Of a DNA stretch of 64,000 nucleotides, positions 49,686 to 58,425 are shown one piece after another. Location: the NCBI GenBank assembly GCA_002791275.1, contig PFWT01000009.1:146548-210547 (forward strand), given 5' to 3'. The notes below the pieces were generated by a model. It had not been told where the DNA came from. It made no database searches and saw nothing but the letters and a program-made list of their open reading frames with translations. Origin of the DNA: Candidatus Uhrbacteria bacterium CG_4_9_14_3_um_filter_41_35 (GTDB lineage: Bacteria; Patescibacteriota; Patescibacteriia; UBA9934). How positions within the stretch are numbered: position 1 is the first letter of the stretch; each line of letters begins with the position of its first letter. The position numbers and the translations under genes are program-made.

Positions 49686-51737
49686 TTATTTTTTATTCTT
49701 GAGCTCCTTTTGTAAGACCTCAATTTCATCTCGAATAACTGCCGCAGTTTCAAAGTTAAGGTTTGCTGCGGCTTTTGCCATCTCTTCTTCTTTTTCTTTT
49801 ATTACCAAGCGTATTTCGTGCGGTTCAGCCATCATTTCAATCTTTAGAATCTGAGATGTGTCTGCGGTATCAAGGTCGTGACCAAGTACAGCTCTAATAT
49901 CGTTGATATTTTTAATTACTGATTTTGGCGTAATTTTATGTTTTTTGTTGTATACTACCTGAATTTTCCGACGTCTATCCGTTTCCTTAAGCGCTCTTTC
50001 AAGTGAACCGGTCATTTTATCGGCATAGGCTACAACTAAACCATTTAAATGCCGAGCCGCGCGACCAATTGTTTGCACCAGCGAAGTCTCTGACCGCAAA
50101 AAACCTTCTTTGTCGGCATCCAGAATCGCAACCAGTGAAACCTCTGGCAAATCGAGTCCTTCTCTTAAGAGATTAACCCCAACCACACAATCGTAAACAC
50201 CTTTTCGTAAATCCGTCAGAATTTCCACTCGATCAAAGGTTTTAATGTCCGAATGTATGTACTCTACCTTCACTCCAGCTTCTTTCAGATATTGAGTTAA
50301 ATCTTCGGCCATTTGTTTAGTAAGAGTTGTAACCAGAGTTCGTTCACCAAGCTCGGCTCTTTCAATAATCCGCGGAATTAAATCGTCAATCTGACCTTTA
50401 TTATCCTCACATTTTTTACAGCCCTTACAATCACTTTTTACTTCACAAGGCATCTCAGTCACCGGTCGAATGATCACTTCCGGATCGATAAGTCCGGTTG
50501 GTCTTACAATCTGCTCAACAATCTGCGAAGACATTTCATTTTCATAATCGCCCGGTGTAGCCGAAACATAAATTGTTTGGTGTGTACGTTCTTCAAACTC
50601 ATCAAACTGAAGCGGTCTGTTATCCTTGGCGCTTGGCAATCTAAAACCATGCTCGACTAATGTATTTTTTCGCGCCTGATCCCCGGCATACATTGCCCGG
50701 ATCTGAGGAACGGTAACGTGCGACTCGTCGATGACGGTTAAAAAGTCATCCGGAAAATATGCCATTAGAGTATCTGCTGGCTCTCCTTCAGGTCGGCCTT
50801 CGAAATGCCGGGAGTAATTTTCAATCCCATTTGTGTAGCCCACATTTCTGAGCATCTCAATATCGTACCTTGTTCTACGATTTAAACGTTCGTATTCAAG
50901 AAGCTTGCTTTCTTTTTTTAGTCTAAGTAGACGCATTTTAAGTTCATCCTCAATTGACCTAATTGCCCCCTCTAAACTTTCGCTTCCGACCACATAGTGT
51001 TTGGCAGGGAAAAGCCACAAATCCTTGAGTCGTTCTTTAATTCTTCGCGAGACTGGGTCGAGCTCAAAAATTTCGATCAGCTCTTCGCCTTCAATAATTA
51101 ACCTGTAAATTGACGAGTTATCTGATTTTGGCATTACTTCAATAACATCACCTTTAGCTCTGAACTGACCCCGATCAACATCTGCATTAGTCCGCTCAAA
51201 GTACATACTCACCAGTTTTCGCAAAAACTCGCTTCGGTCAATTTTGTCGCCAGTGGTTAAATGAACAACTGTTTTTTTGTATTCCGTAGGCGAACCTAAA
51301 CCGTAAATACACGAAACCGAAGCTACGATAATTACATCTTTTCGAGTAAGTAGCGACTGTGTTGCTGAGTGCCGTAAACGATCAATTTCTTGATTAATTT
51401 GTGCCTCTTTTTCAATGTAAGTATCACTCCGTGGCATATATGCTTCCGGCTGATAGTAATCGTAGTAACTTACAAAATACTCTACCGCAGCCTCTGGAAA
51501 AAATTCCCGAAACTCATTCGTGAGCTGAGCTGCTAGTGTTTTGTTATGTGCAATCACCAGAGTTGGTTTCTGCGCCTGTTCAATAACATTCGCGATCGTA
51601 AAGGTTTTACCAGAACCGGTAACTCCAAGCAGAGTCTGTTTTTGCAGACCCTCTTTTAAACCACCGACCAATTTCTGAATCGCTAACGGCTGATCACCGG
51701 CTGGTTTATATTTTGATTCCAGTTTAAATTTTGCCAT
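49686..51737 (-). CDS. uvrB: Excinuclease ABC subunit B
   Basis: GVTGSGKT, YYDYYQPEAY, DESH, NLLREGLD, QTIGRAAR; start at ATG 51737. Confidence 0.98.
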   Translation of the reverse strand: MAKFKLESKYKPAGDQPLAIQKLVGGLKEGLQKQTLLGVTGSGKTFTIANVIEQAQKPTLVIAHNKTLAAQLTNEFREFFPEAAVEYFVSYYDYYQPEAYMPRSDTYIEKEAQINQEIDRLRHSATQSLLTRKDVIIVASVSCIYGLGSPTEYKKTVVHLTTGDKIDRSEFLRKLVSMYFERTNADVDRGQFRAKGDVIEVMPKSDNSSIYRLIIEGEELIEIFELDPVSRRIKERLKDLWLFPAKHYVVGSESLEGAIRSIEDELKMRLLRLKKESKLLEYERLNRRTRYDIEMLRNVGYTNGIENYSRHFEGRPEGEPADTLMAYFPDDFLTVIDESHVTVPQIRAMYAGDQARKNTLVEHGFRLPSAKDNRPLQFDEFEERTHQTIYVSATPGDYENEMSSQIVEQIVRPTGLIDPEVIIRPVTEMPCEVKSDCKGCKKCEDNKGQIDDLIPRIIERAELGERTLVTTLTKQMAEDLTQYLKEAGVKVEYIHSDIKTFDRVEILTDLRKGVYDCVVGVNLLREGLDLPEVSLVAILDADKEGFLRSETSLVQTIGRAARHLNGLVVAYADKMTGSLERALKETDRRRKIQVVYNKKHKITPKSVIKNINDIRAVLGHDLDTADTSQILKIEMMAEPHEIRLVIKEKEEEMAKAAANLNFETAAVIRDEIEVLQKELKNKK

Positions 51738-51866
51738 AACACAAACGCCTGCATCCTTAAAGTTATAGGGTGGCCTATAACGCTTTGGGATCCAGGTTTT
51801 AGATTTAATTGTACGCAAAGTATGCCAAAAAAAAGTCTTTTGGTCAAGTTGTTGCTGGTCCTTATT

Positions 51867-52112
51867 CTACCGAAAAGGGTGTGTATAAAAATCACCCCGA
51901 TCATCAGAATCGGGGTGATTAGACGAAGTGCGACGATAACCGCGCTTGCCCTTTTTAGTGCTGTGAAAACCCTCACCACCACGCATACGCATAGCGAGCA
52001 CTTCCGGGTTACGGTTAACGGGCACTTGAACACTCTGCGCCTTTTGAGCGGAACGTTCCGCTCGCTTGGCTTGGCGCGCTTTCCTACGCGCTTTTTCAGA
52101 CTTACTCTTCAC
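51867..52112 (-). CDS. Small basic protein, candidate ArfA-like alternative ribosome rescue factor
   Basis: AGGAGGT SD and GTG; RNP..LAMR and KKGKRGYRR; terminator inside the CDS. Confidence 0.6.
   Translation of the reverse strand: MKSKSEKARRKARQAKRAERSAQKAQSVQVPVNRNPEVLAMRMRGGEGFHSTKKGKRGYRRTSSNHPDSDDRGDFYTHPFR
51886..51920 (-). terminator. Intrinsic terminator inside ORF 51867-52112
   Basis: Minus strand AATCACCCCGAT-tctgatg-ATCGGGGTGATT-TTTAT, upstream of the stop codon. Confidence 0.75.
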
Positions 52113-52227
52113 TTGGCACCTCCTTTTGGTAACTATCTGCAGTGATCAGCAGACCAAGTGGAACTGCCATCTGAGCAAGTCCCATCAGAGATAACTCAAA
52201 CAAATAAGTAAAAATAACCTCAGTCAC
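52102..52227 (-). CDS. Possible 41-aa hydrophobic leader peptide, not in ORF track
   Basis: GGAGGT then GTG; MTEVIFTYLFELSLMGLAQMAVPLGLLITADSYQKEVPSEE; overlaps next start; TTGACT-17-TACTTT promoter at 52287-52259. Confidence 0.3.
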   Translation of the reverse strand: MTEVIFTYLFELSLMGLAQMAVPLGLLITADSYQKEVPSEE

Positions 52228-52319
52228 AGTAACCTCCAACAACTTTTGTTGATAGTCAAAAGTACCACATAAAAACTAGAAAGTCAACCTTATCAGAACA
52301 AATAACAGCCCGAAGGCTG

Positions 52320-52793
52320 TTATTTGTTCATATGACGCATTACTACATCGTTCGCTCCGCCTGGTACTTTTGTCATCCAGGCTCGGTCTTTATTTTTTAT
52401 CATCTCTCGAATCTCAGCAGAATCGTGGCCAGGTACGTGCGTAATTCGTTTTGTAGCTATACCAGCTTTATCCGCCAAAGCGAGTACATCGTCTTTGCCA
52501 CTCCAAATTGCTACTTCGTCCGCAGGTCGCTCGGCAACTTCAAGAAGTTTGTCGACCCAATCCTCGTCCGAAATGCAGTCATCCACTACTACGATCTGAG
52601 CATCCATAATGCTTTCGTTAAGTAGTGCTGCGCTGATCATATCGCGTACCTCCTCCGCATTAAACATCTCCTCCTGACCACCACCACAAATTGCAATAAT
52701 CACTCGATCGCAAGTTTTCATCATTCCTTGCACTACCATCAATTGGCCCGTGTGGAATGGTTCAAATTTACCTGGAAAAATACATGTAGCCAT
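52320..52793 (-). CDS. Cytidylyltransferase-superfamily nucleotidyltransferase (NadM-like)
   Basis: FPGKFEPFHTGQ (HxGH degenerate), SAEIR, W...VP. Confidence 0.72.
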   Translation of the reverse strand: MATCIFPGKFEPFHTGQLMVVQGMMKTCDRVIIAICGGGQEEMFNAEEVRDMISAALLNESIMDAQIVVVDDCISDEDWVDKLLEVAERPADEVAIWSGKDDVLALADKAGIATKRITHVPGHDSAEIREMIKNKDRAWMTKVPGGANDVVMRHMNK

Positions 52794-52851
52794 AAATATA
52801 ATTTAAATTTCAAAACTAAATATAAAAGTATCTTCAATATTTAGTATAATT

Positions 52852-53796
52852 TTATTGTTCCGATATTATAACATCTGGCGAGGCCGAACGCCAAGCTAAA
52901 GAATTTTCATCAAAATTTGGCGGTCGATTAAATTTTCTGGTCAAGACTGCCATTTGCATTGGTGGAACGTTGATCTTCGACATATCAACACTACCAAGGC
53001 CAGCTTCCGAGGCCATCACTAAATAACCCACTGTTGTTGGGTCGACACCCATCAGTGTCGACGCCACAGCGTCAACTGCCACTGCATCGAACCCAGCCAG
53101 CACCACTCCCATGTTCACAGCTGAACCGTTTGTTGATTCATTGCCTTCCATAGCCTGAATACCGTCGATAATTGAAACATCTGCCGGTAGTTGATTGAAT
53201 ATCTCCGCAATTGATTTGTGATGTGCCCAAGCCCCTTCTTCATTTAGCCACGGCCACCTCGCCCACACTCTACCCATTGCCGAAATACGTGACGGTACAA
53301 TCCAGGTGCCGAGCGCCCAGTTTTTTATGCCAAGCGAAACCGAAGTTTCCCGATTAACCTTCATATTACTAACAGAGATCCGAAAATCTACCTCACTTGC
53401 AAGTTTCGATCTACGAATTGAGTTCCTTGAGCCGTCGCGCCTCACAGAATAACCATCCACGAATGCGTCATCGTTTAGATCAACCAGCTCAACTTTTTGA
53501 TACTCCTTCAGTAACTGCTCATAACCTAAATTCCGAAAAGCTGATTTTGTTCCAAAATAGGCTGCATCACCCACAAAGATTTTTGCCGGCGAATGCTCTT
53601 GAATAACCTCGATCACCGAGCGAACCGCATCCACGTGAGTTGAGGCGAGCTGATTCTCAGGGTGAACCAAATTTGGTTTTATCAAAATAGTACTAGCTGA
53701 TTTCACCCGTTCAATAAACTGGTCACCTAAACCCTCGACTGCCCTTCGGATCAGTTCCTTTCGGCTCCCATCTGTTTCTAGTATCACGTCAATCAT
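52852..53796 (-). CDS. DUF362 domain protein
   Basis: ILIKPNLV, GD, SLGIKN, IIDGI.AMEG, DAVAVD. Confidence 0.85.
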   Translation of the reverse strand: MIDVILETDGSRKELIRRAVEGLGDQFIERVKSASTILIKPNLVHPENQLASTHVDAVRSVIEVIQEHSPAKIFVGDAAYFGTKSAFRNLGYEQLLKEYQKVELVDLNDDAFVDGYSVRRDGSRNSIRRSKLASEVDFRISVSNMKVNRETSVSLGIKNWALGTWIVPSRISAMGRVWARWPWLNEEGAWAHHKSIAEIFNQLPADVSIIDGIQAMEGNESTNGSAVNMGVVLAGFDAVAVDAVASTLMGVDPTTVGYLVMASEAGLGSVDMSKINVPPMQMAVLTRKFNRPPNFDENSLAWRSASPDVIISEQ

Positions 53797-53901
53797 ATTA
53801 ATACGAGTTTACCACAGTGAAAAAAGAATTGTAAATTTGTCTTAAATAAATAAAAAACCCTGTATTTCTACAAGGTTTTTTGGTTTATCAAAATCCGAAG
53901 T

Positions 53902-54804
53902 TTAGCCCCGCTTCAGATAAACCTTCACAAAACTACTTTTGAGTTCGCCTGCCTTGGCTGAAAGTTCCTCAGTTTTACCAGCTTTTGCCAAATCTAGAAG
54001 CGCATTGAGATTCTGTCTGATTGCCTGAATTTCAGTATCGTTCGCTTCCGTTTCAACCGCTACCAGTTTTTCGCTCACCATTTGGTATGCCTCGATTATG
54101 CCCTGTGAGTTTTGAGCATCTGCCTCCGCAATAATCACTTCCATAGCGTCATGAAAATCAACCAAAGTTACCGCAAGAAGCGAAAAGTTATTACGCTTCA
54201 AGATATCTTGAAAGATCTGTCGAACTGATTCTAGGCCAATATGAGCACTTGGTAAATCGCCAGTTTTAATAGTTTCGTTAAGTTCTGCCACTTTTACAGA
54301 AACTGTCTCAAGATCGGCGTTAAACTGTCCGTCTCCTAAAATGGCATAGGGGCGGTAGTTTTTATACTTCTTTTGAAAAACTGCAAGCTCCGAAACTAGG
54401 TTGTCATAATTTTCGATTGATTCAGCTCGTTTGTTCTGACCGGTATTAAATAAAGTCTGTTTGTAGAAGTTATTCATTACATTAAAATCTTCAATAAAGA
54501 ATTTCTTAGTAAAGAAATTGCTCGCGTAACCACCGCCAACTAATATCAAGATTATCATCGCGGCAAATAAACCAAGTGTTACTTTTGAAACTTCCACGGG
54601 TTTTTTACAAGTATTTACGCCAACTAGTCGGTAAAGTGCGCAAAAACCAGAACAAGCGGTTCCAAACATCACAACCGCAAGCACATAAAATAAAACCGAC
54701 AGCGCTCCACCGACCCAGAAAAGAGCCGTTAAGAACAATCCTGCCGCTAGCACAACCCGCGCCATTCGATCATAGACTCCTTCGTTTGCTTTCACACCAA
54801 ACAT
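53902..54804 (-). CDS. DUF2892 (YgaP-like) membrane domain fused to helical domain
   Basis: NEG..DR..R, FCALY.LVGVNTC. Confidence 0.8.
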   Translation of the reverse strand: MFGVKANEGVYDRMARVVLAAGLFLTALFWVGGALSVLFYVLAVVMFGTACSGFCALYRLVGVNTCKKPVEVSKVTLGLFAAMIILILVGGGYASNFFTKKFFIEDFNVMNNFYKQTLFNTGQNKRAESIENYDNLVSELAVFQKKYKNYRPYAILGDGQFNADLETVSVKVAELNETIKTGDLPSAHIGLESVRQIFQDILKRNNFSLLAVTLVDFHDAMEVIIAEADAQNSQGIIEAYQMVSEKLVAVETEANDTEIQAIRQNLNALLDLAKAGKTEELSAKAGELKSSFVKVYLKRG

Positions 54805-54822
54805 ATAGATGAATATTAATAA

Positions 54823-55260
54823 TTATTTTATTAAAAACTTACCGCCAATTTCGAGCATCAGATCCGAACACCGCTGAATATCTTCTTTCTTTTGCGTTGG
54901 CATAACTTCTTCCAGTAAAAGTTCCAACCTTTCCAGAGCCTCTTCATATTTTTCTCGGCCACTGTCTGATATTTGTACTAGTCGCACCCGAGCGTCGGTT
55001 TCAGATGGTCCGGTGCTAACTAAACCAATTTTTTCCATCGGCACCAGCATTCTGGTAATTCCCGAAGCGGTTACCGCGATCTGATCCGCAAGATCGATTC
55101 GCCGGAGTTCGTGATTTTTAGGTTGATTTAAATAATGAAGAATTAAAAACTCATTAAAGCCAATCCCGTTCCCCATCCCGAAATTAAACTTCTTCGCCAC
55201 TATTGCCTCTATTTTTGAAAGATTGAGTAGAAATTGTACTGATTCGCTAATATTTATCAT
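54823..55260 (-). CDS. MarR-family transcriptional regulator
   Basis: LADQI.VTASGITR..MEKIGLV...DAR. Confidence 0.9.
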   Translation of the reverse strand: MINISESVQFLLNLSKIEAIVAKKFNFGMGNGIGFNEFLILHYLNQPKNHELRRIDLADQIAVTASGITRMLVPMEKIGLVSTGPSETDARVRLVQISDSGREKYEEALERLELLLEEVMPTQKKEDIQRCSDLMLEIGGKFLIK

Positions 55261-55264
55261 AAAT

Positions 55265-55288
55265 ATATACTTGATTACTCAAGTATAT
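55265..55288. promoter_or_regulatory. Putative MarR operator
   Basis: Perfect palindrome ATATACTTGA-ttac-TCAAGTATAT just upstream of start. Confidence 0.7.
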
Positions 55289-55321
55289 CACAAGTAGTTT
55301 TTTGTACCATACCGATTGTTC

Positions 55322-55529
55322 TTATTCAAGATATCCCCCAGCCTGAATTTTCCAGAATTCTTGGTAAAGTGAGTCCTTTTTTATAAGTTCTTCGTGCATT
55401 CCAGAATCTACAATTTTTCCTTTATTCATTACCAAAAAACAATAAATATTTCCACTCCTTTTTCATTAAAGGCCATACTGTCGCCCAAACTTTTTTGTAA
55501 TCAATCTTCTCCCCCGTTTTCTTTTTCAT
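55322..55529 (-). pseudogene. Internally deleted ABC exporter remnant
   Basis: MKKKTGEKIDYKKVWATVWPLMKKEWKYLL joined out of frame to LVMNKGKIVDSGMHEELIKKDSLYQEFWKIQAGGYLE*. Confidence 0.72.
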
Positions 55530-55658
55530 ATGTCCGTTAATTTTTAATATCGTCATATCTTATCACTATTTCATTCAATGTAAAACGATGCAGGATTAGC
55601 CAAAAGATCTCATATATTTGTGATGACTCAAAACTTATATACGAAATAATTCAGAGTA

Positions 55659-56090
55659 AGATTCCTCGCCGTGATTCACGGTAGGCTCTGAATGACGAGG
55701 TAATGAGATTCTTCGGTGTGATTCGCGTTAGGCTCTGAATTACGGTTTTGCTTGTCGTATTATAATAAATCGTCCCACACTCATACCGTCATCCTGAAGC
55801 TAGCGCCAGATTACGCTGAAGGATCTCCTTCGCCCTTTACTAAACAGAAACCTGTTTACGCTGTGATTCAACACTGAGATTCTTCGGTTTAATCCACGTT
55901 CACCTCAGAATGACAGGGTTTGTGATTTTTTATGCTGTTATTTTGATTAGGTCCCTTACCCATTCCGTCATCATGAAGCTGGCGACGACTCACGCTGAAG
56001 GATCTCCTTCGTATTGTGCTGAACCGACATTTACCTGGTGATTCAGTAATGAGATTCTTCGGTGTGATTCGCGTTCACCTCAGAATGACG
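55659..56090. repeat. REP/BIME-like repeat array 3 (6 units)
   Basis: Same ~38-nt units and linkers as arrays 1 and 2. Confidence 0.85.
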
Positions 56091-56181
56091 ATTTAATTTA
56101 TTATACATTCCTCCTCACAAAACTCCTCCACTTTAATACATAAACTCTCTACTGAACCAGTATATAAAAAACAGCTCAAAC

Positions 56182-56211
56182 AAAAAACCACCAATGGCTT
56201 GGTGGTTTTTT
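56182..56211 (-). terminator. Terminator after tRNA
   Basis: AAAAAACCACCAA-tggc-TTGGTGGTTTTTT. Confidence 0.8.
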
Positions 56212-56284
56212 GGTTCCCGGACAGGGATTCGAACCCCGATTACCTGTTCCAGAAACAGGTGTCCTGCCTTTAGACGATCCAGGA
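56211..56284 (-). tRNA. tRNA-Gln(CTG), CCA encoded
   Basis: Acceptor TCCTGGA/TCCGGGA-ACCA, anticodon stem CCTGT/ACAGG with loop TTCTGGA, T-loop GGTTCGAATCC. Confidence 0.95.
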
Positions 56285-56487
56285 GTGAGTGAACACAGTA
56301 TTAAAAGTCTACTTATAAATACTATTGAGCGAACGAGTTGGACACCGGAGGTATCCAGGAGTGATATTGGAAATTAACACCTAATCGTGCGAAGAGAATA
56401 TCTAATTTGTGAGTGTTTGTCAATACTTTGTTTAATTGTTTTGTAGATAACCAAAAAGTACGGATAGTATCCGTACTTTTTGGTAAG

Positions 56488-57180
56488 TTATTCGTTTTCT
56501 TTGTGTTTTTCGCGTAAGTCTTGATAAAGATGGTCGAGTGCCTTTGAAGCGTGTTCTTTTCCGCCAAGTCCGAACGCTAATCCACCAGCTAGCGCTAGCA
56601 TTGCAATGAAACCGGTGAACAGTGTCTGAATTAGAGCCTCGGCAATTCCGAGTTGAACGAGCGACGCCATACCACTGAACACGATAATTGCCCACTTACC
56701 AATTCCAGATAAAAAGTTCGCACTCTTCATTTGCGCCACTTCCATTGCCGACCGAATAACGTCCTGGACAAAGTTTCCAAGCAGAAGTCCAACCAGCAAA
56801 ATCACGATCGCGATCAAAACATTTGGAATATAGGTAATTACTTGGCCCAAGAACACCGTGATCTGTGTCCACTGCATCGCGTCCGCTGCCACAATGAGGA
56901 ACATTACAATCACGAACCACTTCACTAGGAAGCCAAGCACTTCGCCAATATCGAGTTTAACTCCAGCTTTGTGAAAAATTTCTTTTACCTCTAAACGTTC
57001 AAGTAAATCATCAATCTTGAACATATGAACCAAGCGTACCACCGCTTTTTTAAGCAAGTTTGAAGCAACTATTCCGACTATAATTACCGCAGTCGCAAAA
57101 GCGAACTTTGGCAAAAAGAGCATAATCGTCGCCCATAAATCCACAAACGCAGTTCGTAAGACCTCTACTGAATCTGGCAT
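56488..57180 (-). CDS. MscS-associated TM-helix repeat protein (CmpX-like)
   Basis: FLPK, YIPNV, ALAGGLAFGLGGKEHA. Confidence 0.85.
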   Translation of the reverse strand: MPDSVEVLRTAFVDLWATIMLFLPKFAFATAVIIVGIVASNLLKKAVVRLVHMFKIDDLLERLEVKEIFHKAGVKLDIGEVLGFLVKWFVIVMFLIVAADAMQWTQITVFLGQVITYIPNVLIAIVILLVGLLLGNFVQDVIRSAMEVAQMKSANFLSGIGKWAIIVFSGMASLVQLGIAEALIQTLFTGFIAMLALAGGLAFGLGGKEHASKALDHLYQDLREKHKENE

Positions 57181-57214
57181 ATAATTTTCGTTAATAATTA
57201 ATTTTATTAATAAA

Positions 57215-57628
57215 TTACCGACCTAAATTATCTTTTTTTGACACCGTAATCCGTGGACTGCTTTCATAAACCGGCTCAGCAAAAGCTTCATCCGCGTGTT
57301 GATCAAAATTTTTGTTCAGTAAATTTTTAATGGTTACACTATCCTGCTCATCTAGGTTTTTTTGTACACTGTACACCTTCGTGTTGAATGCAAACTTGAT
57401 AGTGTTCACTATTGAAAGGAGCGTACGCAAGGCAGTAGCAGAGCCAGGACCAGTTACCACATATATCCCCTCAAGGCTGGCTGGTAATACATCGAAATCT
57501 TTAAGATAAGCATCTATTTCTTTCAAATAACCCTCTGGCGGAGTCTTCACCACTATTAGACTTTTCTCTGAATCTAGATCAGCTAGCACTAATTGCTCTA
57601 AATCTGAACCATTTAAATAGAGTCTCAT
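57215..57628 (-). CDS. tsaB: Short TsaB-like protein
   Basis: IYVVTGPGSATALR and C-terminal PVY...P.IT. Confidence 0.65.
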   Translation of the reverse strand: MRLYLNGSDLEQLVLADLDSEKSLIVVKTPPEGYLKEIDAYLKDFDVLPASLEGIYVVTGPGSATALRTLLSIVNTIKFAFNTKVYSVQKNLDEQDSVTIKNLLNKNFDQHADEAFAEPVYESSPRITVSKKDNLGR

Positions 57629-58356
57629 ACGGTCTCTATAAGCTTATTAATAAGAACTACTTTTTCAGTTTGCAGTAAGCTGGAGAGGAATCTATCTTTT
57701 ATTTCTTGCCGATAAATAAATTCTTCTTTTGGCATATAGGTGTAGTTGACTTCATGACCTATCTCGACCTCAAAATTTGAAATTGCTTGTTGAAGATCAT
57801 CAATTTTAATCTCGCCCACAATCAGCAAATCAGACGGCACTGTTTTATTGTCTATAAAACGACCGGTAAGAAAAAGAAAATCAATCTTACCTTTCTTTTC
57901 AACCTCAATCACAAAACTCTTATTCATAAGAACTGACGACTTTTTCATTATACTTCGTAGTTCTTCAAAGAAACTAAAAACAGCATTTGCTCGATAGTAT
58001 TTTTTCTTTGTGTTTGTTTTTCCCTTTACTTTAGTATCTTCTTCAGATTCATCATTTTCGTCATCATCTTCATTTTCCAAAATTTTACCCTCGACTTCTA
58101 AAATAATCCCAATATCCACCAAGTTTTTCAGTTCCCGTCTAACCGAATTCAGCTGTGCCTCGATTCTTCTAGTTAGTTCGCGAACGTAGAATGATCGTTC
58201 GGGATTATCTAATAGTAATCTTAATAATCTTACTCTAGTTTTCGAACCAAACAATTGTTCCAAACTAAAATCTGGTGCACCTACGGCATCGTTAGTGTTC
58301 ACTTTCTTTTCACCCTTGACAATACTTTTCATACACTCGATAATTATGGTGTTCAA
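57625..58356 (-). CDS. Winged-helix protein with degenerate nucleotidyltransferase-like C-domain
   Basis: LFGSKTRVRLL, FYVREL, NSVRREL, YYRAN, DLLIVG. Confidence 0.72.
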   Translation of the reverse strand: MNTIIIECMKSIVKGEKKVNTNDAVGAPDFSLEQLFGSKTRVRLLRLLLDNPERSFYVRELTRRIEAQLNSVRRELKNLVDIGIILEVEGKILENEDDDENDESEEDTKVKGKTNTKKKYYRANAVFSFFEELRSIMKKSSVLMNKSFVIEVEKKGKIDFLFLTGRFIDNKTVPSDLLIVGEIKIDDLQQAISNFEVEIGHEVNYTYMPKEEFIYRQEIKDRFLSSLLQTEKVVLINKLIETV

Positions 58357-58425
58357 TTGAGCTTGTAGGACTCATTCTTTCGTATATACTATATATTAGA
58401 GGTTAAAGACGAAACAGTCAAAGAC

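Noticed and set aside
51822-52145. 107-aa plus-strand ORF and other short antisense ORFs in the track (e.g. 123-452, 14949-15404, 17718-18194, 47567-47995)
   Set aside because: Shadows of better-supported genes on the opposite strand, without SD or motifs
53902-56284. Integrated element at tRNA-Gln
   Set aside because: No integrase and no duplicated tRNA 3' end seen
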